Shown piece after piece: positions 13,952 to 25,633 of a stretch of 64,000 nucleotides of DNA. Under the pieces are notes generated by a model. That model saw nothing but the letters and a program-made list of their open reading frames with translations. It ran no database searches and was not told the DNA's origin. The stretch's first letter is position 1; each line of letters opens with the position of its first letter. The translations under genes were made by a program, and so were the position numbers. The stretch lies in NCBI GenBank assembly GCA_951406725.2, contig OX597817.1:88536001-88600000 (forward strand), given 5' to 3'. The DNA is from Octopus vulgaris. Its lineage: Eukaryota.

Positions 13952-14116
13952 GTAAAACTACTAAGCATTCAGTACACTCTGTAAGGAGGTTGGTGTTAGG
14001 TAGGGCATCCAGTTGTAGAAATTATGCCAAAGATGACATTGGAACTTGGTGCAGCCCTGCAGCTTACTGGTTCCCTGTCAAACTGTTCTACCTATGCCAG
14101 AATTGAAAGCAGATGT

Positions 14117-14171
<55 letters not shown>

Positions 14172-14959
14172 TGATGATGATGATGATGATGAAGATGGCA
14201 CCCACAGCAGCATATTGGCTGAGAGGACAGCCTCCCCCTCCAGTCACTAACTAGGGATTTTACTTACTTACTACTTAGTATGTAAAGTGAATAGATATTT
14301 ATCTTTATTAGAGTTAAGATGTTTGAAATTTCATCTTAAATTGAAATAAATTACAGTTCTGCCTGACTTTGACATGAGTCCTTAATCCTGTTCATAAAAT
14401 TAGGCTAAATTATTGATTTCTGTTTTACTAGTTAATTTCCTGTGAAGAGGAGTCTTTGTGTAAAATGAAAAATAAACATTACTGTAAGCTATAATAAATA
14501 TAATGTAAAACATATCTGTAGAATTTTTAACCAGCACTGTATGTTACAATGAAAGTAAATGTTACATCTGTATATACAATATGTTATGGAGATAAAATGA
14601 AGAAACAACTGTACATGCTGCTTATTTCAATTCTAGTTGAAGTTTTGTCAGTAACTGTGCACCTTTGTCAGTAACTGTGCACCTTCCTTAATTATCTACA
14701 AACACACTGCTTATAAACCCATTGAAATTAGTGGCTAAGGTAAATAGATAATTGTATATTTAACACTTTCTTGGCAGCTGGTTTGAATATTATGTTACTG
14801 GTATGTTAACAGCATTTACCATTTCATCTTACACCTCCACCCATCTGAATAATACTTACATTGGTATGAGGCCACTGCATATTTGTAGAAGAAGGCATAG
14901 TCAACTGAATTCCTGAGCAAAGTCATCTACCTGGATTTCAATTGAGAATGGCAAGAAAC

Positions 14960-16517
14960 ATGGGGTACTTGGAGCACTAACAACTAAGTTTGAGAAATAT
15001 GTCAGAGAACTTGGAATTGACAAGAGGATAGAGCATGCTCTATTGGGGATAGCAAAGAGTTTGAGATTGGTATTTGGATGTTAGGTATCTTCCATGATAC
15101 TTAACATCTAGGTACCAAGTCATATAATTCATGAGAAAGAGACCCTGTAAGACATTTGACAACAGATGGCTGTCTGCTCTCACACAATTAACTGGAACAA
15201 GTAAAATTAAGAACTTTGAGAAGTAAAATATTATAATAATAATAATAATAATAATAATAGAAGATTGTCGCAAGATTATACCTACCTAGAAAGGAAGGTG
15301 GAAGAGGGTTAATATCAGTAGAAGACTGCATGGAGTTAGCTAGAGTAGATGTAGACTCCTATGTAGGTAATAGTGAAAAAAGTTTATTAAAAGCTGCTAG
15401 AGTCACAGCAAGACATAGGGAAACTAAAAACCTAAATGAAGTTAAAAACCAGAAAAAAAGAACAGAAATTATCTAACTAGAAAGAAAAGGCGTTTCATGG
15501 TAGATTCCCAAAGATAGTTGCAGCAGATAGTAGTAGTGAGACATGGTTATAGTAGCAGAAAGGAAAGATAAAGAGGTAGACAGTCATTTTGTTAGTAGCT
15601 GTACAAAATCAAGCATTAAGGACTAATTGGATATAAGCCAAGATAGACAAAAACCAAGTAGATTCCCAATGTAGGTTATGCAGATCAAAAGAGGAAAGCA
15701 TTACCATTATAGTAAGTGAATGTAGCATGCTGGCACAGAAAGAATACAAGTAAAGACATGACAATCTAGGGAGAGTAATCCACTGAGAGCTAAGTAGAGA
15801 GCTAGGATTTGAACTTACTGATAAATAGTATGAACATGGACCCAGTAAAGTACTAGAAAGTAAGAAATATAAGATGTTGTGGGACTTGAACATTCATACA
15901 GACAGAGTAATAGAAGCTAGAAGGCTTGATTTGGTAGCAGTAGATAAAGAGAATAGAAAGTGCCAGAAAACTGACTTTATAGTCCCAAATGATGAAAACA
16001 TTAATATGAGAAGTATGGAAAAAAATAGCAAAGTACCAGGACCTAGCTATTGCATGACAGAGACTATGGAATATGCAGGTAAAATGTATCACAGTAGTTA
16101 TAGGTGCATTGAAAACTACCCTAAAGATCTGAACAGATGAATAGAGAAAAATAGGTATAAAATCCAGTTTAGTACAGCTCTAGAAAACAGTGTTATTAAG
16201 GACAGCTAGAATACTTAGGAGGGTTCTTGCCACCTAAGGTTACTTGTTGTAGCCCAATGTTTTGCTTTTCAAACAGTCTCATCTGTTGAGTGTATATGAA
16301 AATAATAATAGGACATGCTCAAAAAACTGCTCTGCTGAGGATTGTGAGGAGTTTGAGATTGGTGCTTGGGTGTTAGGTATCTTTCACAATACTTAGCATC
16401 TAAGTGCCAAGTCTTATAATTTGTGGAAAGAGACTCTGAGAGAGACAATAGGTTGCTGTCCACTCTCACTGAATTAACCAGAATAAGTAAGATGGAGTGT
16501 TCTGAGAAGTGAAATTT

Positions 16518-16520
<3 letters not shown>
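14960..16520 (+). mobile_element. Stack of three 5'-truncated R4/Dong-type RLE LINE ends separated by (AAT)n
   Basis: Short 3' ends of one family at ~14960-15230 and ~16300-16520 (shared 3' UTR); a second family at ~15260-16270 (LWDLNIHTDRVIEARRLDLV). Confidence 0.8.
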
Positions 16521-16568
<48 letters not shown>

Positions 16569-16589
16569 TATTATTATTATTATTATTAT

Positions 16590-18450
16590 TCTATGTTTGA
16601 CTTTTGCTTTATGTCTGTACAAGTTGGCTCCAAGTCTCACCCAGAGACCTCAAGAGACAACAGGTTAGAAGTTCTGTGCCATATATTTGGGTTTTTTTTC
16701 TTTTTTTTTTTCTGGTGTTGTACTAGTGAATGTCTAATACATAAAAAAAAAAAAAATAAATAAATAAATAAAAAAAAAGTTTGTTTTAAACCTTGGGATT
16801 ACATAGAGAGTATTTTGCGTAGGATATGAGCAGTTCCCATGAGCACTATCTTTTGAATTTCTGCCATTTTGGGGTTTCCTGGTATCTGAGTTAGGTAGCA
16901 ATCAGTCCCTTTCGCTATCATTCCCAGGGCACCTATGACAACAGGTATTGTTTTAGTCTTCAGCTTCCACATTTTGCTGATTTCTATTTCAAGATCTTTA
17001 TATTTGCTCAGTTTTTGGTAGGTCATGACAGATACGTTTATATCGATTGGGACAGTCATATCAATGAGGAGGCATGTTCTTTGTCTGAAGTCTTTTAATA
17101 TAATGTCTGGCCTATTTGCATCTATCTTCCTGTCAGTTTGAATGGTGAAGTTCCAGAGGAGTGAGATGTGGTCATTTTCAAGCACAGGAGGTGGATTGTG
17201 TTCCCACCAGTTTTTTTCATGGGGCAAATCCAGGTTTTTGCAAATTACCCAGTGAATATATTGTGCAGCTCTATCATGCCTACTGAGGTACTCTGTAGGC
17301 ACTAGAAGACTGCATTTGGAGACAACATGGTCAATGGTTTCATTTTGTTGTCGGCATACACGACATGTTGGGCTACTGCCGTTCTTTAATATGTTGGCCT
17401 GGTAGTTTCTTGTTGGTAGGCATTGATCTTGAGCTGCTATGATAAACCCCCTGTTTCAGATTTTAAGCCAGAGGCCATTAGCCATTGATGGGTCAGGGCT
17501 TTGTCGATATCTGCATTATTCGCTCTCTTTGGGTTATTTGCCATAGAGAGGTTTTTCTTGCCATTTATTATTCAGAATATCTAAGGCCGCAGTTTTGGCA
17601 CGGGTTTTCATGCGCCTAGCTTTTTCTGTGCTTGTTTCTTGTATATTTATCTCTTATTCCGAAATTGGTTGTATTCGGAATTCACTTAGATATTCCTTTG
17701 CCTGTTTTGTGACTGAGTATGATGCTTTCTTGTTTTCATGTTTTGAGACAAGTTTTAACATCCAGTCGTCAGAGTTTTTCAGGTAGGTATCTAGGCTGAT
17801 TGTGGCAATCTTCATTGTTAATTCCAGTTGTAAAAGTCCATGGCCTCCTTCTTTTCTTGGTAGATAAATTTGTCTTATATCTGATTTAGGGTGGTGCATT
17901 CTATGCATTGTCAACAGTTTCCTTATTTTTCTGTCGAGCTGACATATTTCAGTAATTGACCAGTTAACAATATTGAAACTGTAAGTCACGACTGGTGTGG
18001 CTAATGCATTGATCGCTTCGATCCTGTTTCTTGCATTCAGCTCTGTCTTGAGTATTGCTCTTACTCTTTGATAGCATTCTCTCCTGATCCTTTCCTTCAT
18101 CTCTGAATGCCTTATTCCGTTCCCTTCAATTACCCCTAGGTACTTGTAGCTCTCCGCTGGGTCTAGTTCTTTTATGACATTCTGTTGGTCAAGGTTAACG
18201 TTAGATGTTTCTGTCATTTTTCCTTTGATAAAGGTAGCCTTTGCACATTTATCGAGGCCGAATTGCATTCTGATGTCGTCACTGAATTGTTTGACTATCG
18301 CTAGTAAGCCCTTGAGTTGTTCGTCATTTTTAGCAAAAAGCTTTAAATCATCCATGTAAACGAGATGATTTATATTTTTATCAAACATTTTATACCCGTA
18401 CTGCGCGTCATTGAGCAGCTTTGAGAGAGGTATTAAGGATAAACAATTAT
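16590..18450 (-). mobile_element. Young 5'-truncated R4/Dong-type RLE LINE between (TTA)n tracts
   Basis: RT HLVYMDDLKLFA..QFGLDKC..YKYLG; CRVC..H..SKC; RHD; RPDII..IDM..K..KY; few frameshifts. Confidence 0.95.
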
Positions 18451-18473
18451 GTTTATTATTATTATTATTATTA

Positions 18474-18526
<53 letters not shown>

Positions 18527-18826
18527 TCTACTGTAGGCACAGTTCACCTTTGGAAACAGAAATGTTTCGTTCAACATTCTTAAACAAACCTTATTCAGAG
18601 AGCTTTTGAGTGGGATGGGCTACTTGACCTGAAGAAAATTCATACTGGGTCCCACCTACAAAGTCATGTGCTGTTTATCTTGATATAGGATCACCATGTC
18701 ATGCACATATGGTTGCAGTACATGTGCCTGGTGTATCCTTATCAGATAGGTAGGCATGATGGGTATACTGGACTTCATATATTTTACCCCAGTGTTACTT
18801 TGATGGCATGCGCTGCTCTCTCACTC

Positions 18827-18857
<31 letters not shown>

Positions 18858-18858
<1 letters not shown>

Positions 18859-19500
18859 GTAGAATATAAAGCAAGCCATGACAGAGTCGGCCAGTATTTA
18901 CACTGGACAATATGTCAGCATTATAAAATCAAAACCGCTGACAAATGGTATAAACACCATCCTGAAACTGTGACTGAGAGAGAAAATGTGTCGATTCTAT
19001 GGGACTTACCCATACATACCGACAAAACTATAAAAGCTAATGAACCAGATATTATCATAAAAGATCAGACAAAAAGGATGTGTTTATTAATTGACATGGG
19101 TATTCCTTGTGATCACAATATAGCGGCGAAAGAATTTGACAAGATCAGTAAATATAAAGACTTGCTAATAGAAATTGAAAAAATGTGGCATCTCAAGGCG
19201 ACTAAAGTATCAGTGATTGTAGGATCTCTAGGAATGATAAAAAAAGGTACTGAAACCTATTTGAAGATGATACCAGGCTTACCATCCTTACAGGAAGTGC
19301 AAAAATTGTGTTAACTGGAACAGCTCATGTACAGAGAAAAGCATTATCACTGTGAAAACAACATCCATTCATGAATTTATTTATTCATTAATTTTTTAAA
19401 TACATATTTTACCTGTGAATTTGCGTAATCTGGGAATGCATACAATGAGCTTCTCTGCCCTAGGTGTACGGAAAACACTCAGCGAGAAACAGAAGAAAAT
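18858..19500 (+). mobile_element. 3' end of another R4/Dong-type RLE LINE between (AAT)n tracts
   Basis: ILWDLPIHTDKTIKANEPDIIIKD..LLIDMGIP..KISKYKDL..VIVGSLG. Confidence 0.9.
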
Positions 19501-19523
19501 TTGAAGAAAGAAGGAAAAAATAA

Positions 19524-19554
<31 letters not shown>

Positions 19555-19562
19555 AATAATAA

Positions 19563-20400
19563 TTTGTTCGTTTATTGGCCACAAGGGCTAACAAAAATCA
19601 ATTAAAACATAAAGGGACAAAAACACAGGACGAAAGTTATAAAGGGTTTTGTCTGTTTGAAAAAATCCGTGTACAAAAGCAGGATAACAACGAAATGTAA
19701 GTAACAATTAAAACTCCCAATAGAGGGAGGCACTTCGAAAGGTTACTTGTGGAAAAACCCATAAAAGCCACGGGAGCCTGGTCAAAAGGGGGGGGGGGTA
19801 GAGAGCCCCTTTCTCCTTTTATATTTCCTTTTAATTTTTCACAGGTGTATCCTCAGAATTGGTCCGTTCATACTGGCCATTCTTGCGACATTCACCCACC
19901 TTTCAATAAACTTGCTACCAGACATCACTTCCCTCTCTACTCTCATCTTCCTTTTCAAGTGAAACTTGAAAAAGTTGATGAGGCCTTGGCCAAAGAGGAA
20001 AGTGTCTGACCTTAGCCCTTTCAAACGGGTCCACCATATCACCTCTTTCGCTACAGCCACTAGGCAAAGGAAAACTGTCTTGCCCTCCTGGTTAAAGGAG
20101 GTCGGCGGGGCAATCCTCACTATGGATTCAGCTGATAGCCGGATCCGTCCTTTATGCGACAGTAGCTGAACATAAACCCATAGTTCAGCAATACTCGGGC
20201 ACTGGACGAGTGCGTGCAGAATGGTTTCGTCATCCTGGGTGCACCTCGGGCAGGCCCGTCTGATGGCACTTCCATGCCAGTAGAGTTTATCTCGAACAGG
20301 CAGAGCCCCTTGGTAGCACTGCCAGGCGAGGGACCTTTGGAAATTATCCATTGGCCCCCGGCCCGAAAGTTTTCCCGAACAGACTGTTTAGCTCGTTATC
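19563..20400 (-). mobile_element. 3' end of a Tx1/L1-clade LINE (zf-RVT region plus 3' UTR)
   Basis: W...GALPVRDKL....CPRC....ETILHALVQC zinc-binding motif; 3' end abuts an (AAT)n tract. Confidence 0.85.
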
Positions 20401-20564
20401 GTCAACGCCTAGAGTTTCCCCTAGAGTTTCAAGATTCCTTTACTTCATTTACTTGTTATTAGGTTAATTTCTAATTCTAAAGGTTTTTCACTATAATTTT
20501 GGTATATGTAAGCAATTTTGTAAAATGATACTATCTTACTAATATTGAATTATTCTCATTTTAG

Positions 20565-20640
20565 GAAATTAAATCTTTCTCCAAAACCTCCAATTAAAGG
20601 TAAAGGAGCTGCAACTATGGTGGAATACAATAAAAAACAG
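20565..20640 (+). CDS. CFAP54: CFAP54 exon, 76 nt, phase 2-0 (KLNLSPKPPIKGKGAATMVEYNKKQ)
   Basis: ctcattttag| acceptor, CAG|gtaaag donor, open in the required frame. Confidence 0.8.
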
Positions 20641-20674
20641 GTAAAGTAAATTAAGTTTATATTTTACGAAATGT

Positions 20675-20860
20675 GGAGGTGCATGGCTTAGTGGTTAGGG
20701 TGTCAGCATCATGATTGTAAGATTGTGGTTTTGATTCCTGGACTGGGTGACGCGTTGTGTTCTTGAGCAAAACACTTCATTTCATGTTGCTCCAGTCCAC
20801 TCAGCTGGCAAAAATGAGTAACGCTGCGATGGACTGGCATCCCGTCCAGCTGGGGAACAC
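20675..20860 (+). mobile_element. tRNA-derived SINE
   Basis: Matches the copy at 11520-11750. Confidence 0.8.
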
Positions 20861-21335
20861 ATCTCTGTAAGGCAGACACCCCTCAAAATAGAGTGTCTCC
20901 CACTACCCCTGCAAACAAATTGGATCCCCACACATGCACAGACCCCCAACATTTACATTACACACAAATTACACACAGCATGCTAACAAAAAAAACCACG
21001 ACTTTATCCTTTATACAAAGAAAACAAATCAATGAACACAGCTATATATACCTACACCCCCAGATAGAATTATGCATAAGACACCACTTCACATATCACA
21101 CACCCCATCCTTGCATGAGCACCACATTAATAATACACACCTTCCCCAATTCAAGATAACTCATGCCTGCTTAACAGCACAGCTAACCAAGGAACATAAC
21201 TCTTAACCTAATCCCCTAGCCCTTTTTTTTGTTTCACCACCTTTTTCACAGCTGCCACTGATCGGTTGTGCTAATCCACCTCCAACAATAGAGAGCAGTT
21301 GCCATATTCCTTTCCATATGGGCTAACTCTGATGA

Positions 21336-21608
21336 ACAATTGCAGCGTGGAAGGTGTTTGTAAGCCATTTAAGAAACACACAAAAGCCGTTCGATTCCCT
21401 TCAACATTTAAGTTTAATTTGTCAAAATATTTTCATCGCTTTAAGACTGGGACCTGTTCACTGACAGAAATCCGTGCTAAATGTTGAAGTGAATCGAATG
21501 GCTTTTGTATGTTTCTTAAATGGCTTACAAACACCTTCTACGCTGCAATTGTTTTCATTTCAGCACTCGATCTCAGGTCAAATCACTTGCTATGCAAGTA
21601 CATCTCCA
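21336..21608. mobile_element. 273-bp foldback element with 76-bp inverted arms, 12-bp target-site duplication and hammerhead-like loop (Penelope-derived by inference)
   Basis: Arms 21335-21410 and 21478-21553 (72/76 identical); direct repeat taactctgatga at 21324-21335 and 21609-21620. Confidence 0.75.
21420..21466 (-). ncRNA. Putative minimal type I hammerhead ribozyme, G3:C8 core variant
   Basis: Minus strand UGUCA-GUGAACA-G GUC..GAU-GAAA-AUAU-UU-UGACA: 5-bp helix I, weak helix II, palindromic helix III (AAUAUU). Confidence 0.5.
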
Positions 21609-21671
21609 TAACTCTGATGAGTTATATATGTATATATACATATATATACTGTGTGTATATATACATATATA

Positions 21672-24177
21672 TCATCATCATCATCATCATCATCATCGTT
21701 TAACGTCCGTTCTCCATGCTAGCATGGGTTGGACGGTTCGACCGGGGTTCGAGGCGGTGCTGGCATCGGCCACGAGTCGATTTCGATTTCGATTTTGCTT
21801 GCCCCAACATGTCTTCACAAGCAAAGGGGGTTGGCATGGGTGCCTGTCGTACGGTCGGATTGGAGTATTTTACGTGCCACCAGCACGGAAGCCAGTCGAA
21901 GCGGCGCTGGCATCGGCCACGAGTCGGATAGTGCTTTTTACGTACCACCAGACCAGGGATCCTGGCTGGTTCAATTCGGTTTCGATTTCGCTTGCCCCAA
22001 CATGTCTTCGCAAGCAGGGGGGTTGGCATGGGTGTCTGTCGTCGGATGAGGTTCTATATCGACTTCGCTTGCCTCAACAGGTCTTTGTGTCCAAGGGAGG
22101 AAAGGCATTCATAAGTGGGCTGGGCTCACTTGTCCTGCCTGGTCTTCTCACGTACAGAATATTTCCAAAGGTCTCGGTCGCTGGTCATTTCCTCAGTGAG
22201 GCCTAAAGTTCGAAGGTCGTGCTTCACCACCTCGTCCCAGGTTTTCCTGGGTCTACCTCTTCCACGGGTTCCCTCAACTGCTAGGGATTGGCACTTTCTC
22301 ACACACCTATCTTCATCCATTCTTGCCACATGACCATACCAGCGCAATCGTCTCTCTTGCACACCACAACTGATGCTTCTTAGGTACAACATTTCTCTCA
22401 AGGTGCTAACGCTCTGTCGAGTATGTACACTGACATTACACATCCATCGGAGCATATTGGCTTCATTCCTCACGAGCTTACGCATGTCCTCAGCAGTCAC
22501 AGCCCATGTTTCACTGCCACGTAGCATGGCTGTTCGTACATATGCGTCATACAGTCTACCTTTTACTCTGAGCGAGAGGCCTTTAGTCACCAGCAGAGGT
22601 AAGAGCTCCCTAAACTTTGCCCAGGCTATTCTTATTCTAGCAGTTACACTTTCAGCGCACCCACCCCCACTACTGACTTGGTCACCTAGATAACGGAAGC
22701 TATCAACTACTTCTAGTTTTTCCCCCTGGAAAGTGACGGAAGTTGTTTTCTGCAGATTTTCGGAGGTTAATGCTCCTGAGCATCTGCCACATACAAAAAC
22801 TATCTTCCCAGTTAGCCTACCTTTGACATTGCTGCACCTCTTATGTGTCCATAGCTTACACTGGGTACATCTTATAGAGTTTCTACCTACACCTTTTCTA
22901 CAGATCGAGCAGGGCCATCTTCCTGAAGACATTTGTGGATTGTCTATCTTCCTACTTATTAGTACTTTGGTTTTAGCTAGGTTGACTCTAAGGCCCCTCG
23001 ATTCTAAACCCTCCTTCCACACCTGGAACTTCTCCTCCAGTTCTGATAGTGACTCAGCAATAAGAGCAAGGTCGTCAGCATAGAGGAGCTCCCAGGGACA
23101 GCCTGTCTTGAATTCCTCCGTAATTGCTTGGAGTACTATGATAAATAGGAGGGGGCTGAGTACTGAACCCTGGTGGACCCCAACCTCTACTTTGAATTCT
23201 TCTGTGTACATGTTGCCAACCCTAACCTTACTTACGGCATCTCTGTACATGGCTTGCACAGTCCTCACCAGCCATTCATCTATCCCTAATTTCCTCATTG
23301 ACCACCAGATAAGGGATCGGGGGACCCTATCAAAAGCTTTCTCCATGTCAACGAAAGCCAGGTAAGGGGCTTATCTTTGGCTAGGTATTTCTCCTGCAGC
23401 TGCCTTACCAGGAATATAGCATCAGTGGTACTTTTCCCTGGCACGAACCCAAACTGCATCTCATCTAAACTAACTCTCTCTCTAATTAGTTGGGCTATGA
23501 CCCTCTCCGTAACCTTCATTACTTGATCCAACAGCTTGATACCTCTGTAATTATTTGTATCTAGGGCATCACCTTTACCTTTGTAGCAGTTGACTAGTAT
23601 GCTGCTGCACCAGTCATTGGTTATGACTCCTTCGTGTATCACCTGGTTGACTATACGGGTGACTAGGTTATAGCCGACACTGCCAGATATTTTGAGCATC
23701 TCTGCAGTAATTCCTGATGGGCTTGGGGCTTTCCCTGTCTTCATGCTTCTAATTGCCTTAGCTACCACGGAACTATCAACTCGGATAGCTGGTCCCTCTG
23801 TTGGGTCAACATTCGGCAGACTCTCTTTATCCCATTCATTTTCTTTATTCAGCAACCTTTCATAGTGGCATCTCCAAACCTCTCTCTTTGCATCCTCATT
23901 TAGCGCAAGTGAACCATCATCCATGCGAACACACTTCTCTCCTACCACATCACGATTCTCTCTCACACACTGTCTTGCAACACGAAATACCTCAAGTCTT
24001 TCATCCTCACGGCTCAGAACATTGGCAAATTTTTTCTTATCCGCTTCCCCTCTGGCTAAATAAACCTGTCTCCTATCTTCCCTTCTGGCTGTCTGATACC
24101 ATTCCCTGCTACCACCGTTCTTCCAGTCCTTCCAAGCCTGTCTCTTTTGTCTAATAGCCCTGTCAACCACAGTGTTC

Positions 24178-24180
<3 letters not shown>
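21672..24180 (-). mobile_element. RTE-clade LINE, 5'-truncated, near-intact RT (one frameshift near 23360), 3' UTR and (GAT)n tail
   Basis: NYRGIKLL, QFGF..GKSTTDAIF, KAFDRVP, GVHQGSVLSPLLF, LYADDL, FRYLG, RRLRWYGHV..RGRGRP..W. Confidence 0.97.
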
Positions 24181-24241
<61 letters not shown>

Positions 24242-25179
24242 CCTACCTTAAAATTTACTGTACAACCTATATAAAACTTATCTAAATTATCCTCATCCTT
24301 AACAACGCATTTATAAATTGCATTAGTAATTAGTTAGACCCCCATCAAGGGGACATAATCCATGGTTTCTATAATTACATGGTTTCCCAGGGCCATTCCT
24401 AACATTATTTCTACTACCAATATTACTTGTCCGATTTCCCACATTCACTCCTTCACGTCTCTCATTACTGGGGTTCGATACACCCAGCGGGAGCAACATG
24501 TTGGCATTACTAACCTTAGACGTATCAGAACTTACCTGCTCAGAACCGGGGTTTCCATCAGCAGAATAAATATTTTAAAAAAATGTTTTTTTTAATTTCT
24601 AAAAAATATTTTAATTTCCTCTAAAACTTTTTTAGTCGGTAGATATTTATTTTATTTTTATTTTTACCTTTACTTATTTCATATTTGTCTATTAGGTTTT
24701 TTGGTAGTTTTTGTTTGAATGTTTAGCCGTTTATATTTAAAATTTTTGATAGGCTGTTCTATTAGTATTTTATTCGATTATATACTTTTACTTTCTGTGA
24801 TTTTATATGTATTATTTTTTATGTGTTTTGGAACCATGGTGATTTTTATATATGGTTAAATGTTTGAGGGGTGGTGTTGTATGTAAAGTCGTTGACCCAA
24901 ACTTAATATTTGTTCTATAACCGATTCTTCTTTATCTTCATCTCATTTATATTTGAGCCCTTCTTTAAGTCCTATAAACCTTTTTGTTTCTATTAGAAGA
25001 GACAAATATTATTTCTTGTTATATATATATATATATATATATAACAAAACTATTGAAAAGGTTGCAAGACGCAATGAAAATTTTAGAAAAATAAAAAAGA
25101 AATGATTGGAAATTTTACTGGTGAGTGTGTTAAATTATAAGGCACCAAAAGAGAATGACTCTCCCCAGACACAACAGTA

Positions 25180-25234
<55 letters not shown>

Positions 25235-25633
25235 TATGTATATACATGTATATGTATGTATATATGTATATGTATAAATATATATATATGTATATATATA
25301 AATTAATATATGTATGTATATGTATATGTGTGTGTGTGTGTGTGTGTCTGCATGTGTGTGCATGTGTGTCTATGTTTGTACCCCCACCATCACTAAATAA
25401 CTGATGTTGCTGTGTTTATGTCCCCATAACTTAGCCGTTCGGCAACACATACCGATAGAATATGTACCAGGCTTGCAAAGAATAAATCCTGGTGTCGATT
25501 TCTTTGACTAAAAGTGGTGTTCTAGCTTGGCTACAGTCACATGACTGAATCAATTAAAACAATAAAAAACTATGCCATTTTAATCCCAAGCAATGCTACA
25601 TGTTTCTCCTAGTACATATATATATATATATAT

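Noticed and set aside
14644-14685. Exact 20-bp tandem duplication (tttgtcagtaactgtgcacc)
   Set aside because: Ordinary local slippage duplication with no sign of function.
17654-18577. 307-aa ORF with poly-Asn N-terminus as a novel RT fusion protein
   Set aside because: The poly-Asn is read-through of an (AAT)n tract next to a 5'-truncated LINE.
22126-24215. 406-aa and 306-aa ORFs as an active retrotransposon or a host gene
   Set aside because: They are one RTE ORF broken by a frameshift, 5'-truncated at a (TA)n tract and lacking the endonuclease.
24600-25020. Possible mitochondrial insertion (NUMT), given the strong T bias
   Set aside because: No recognisable mitochondrial protein, rRNA or tRNA motif.
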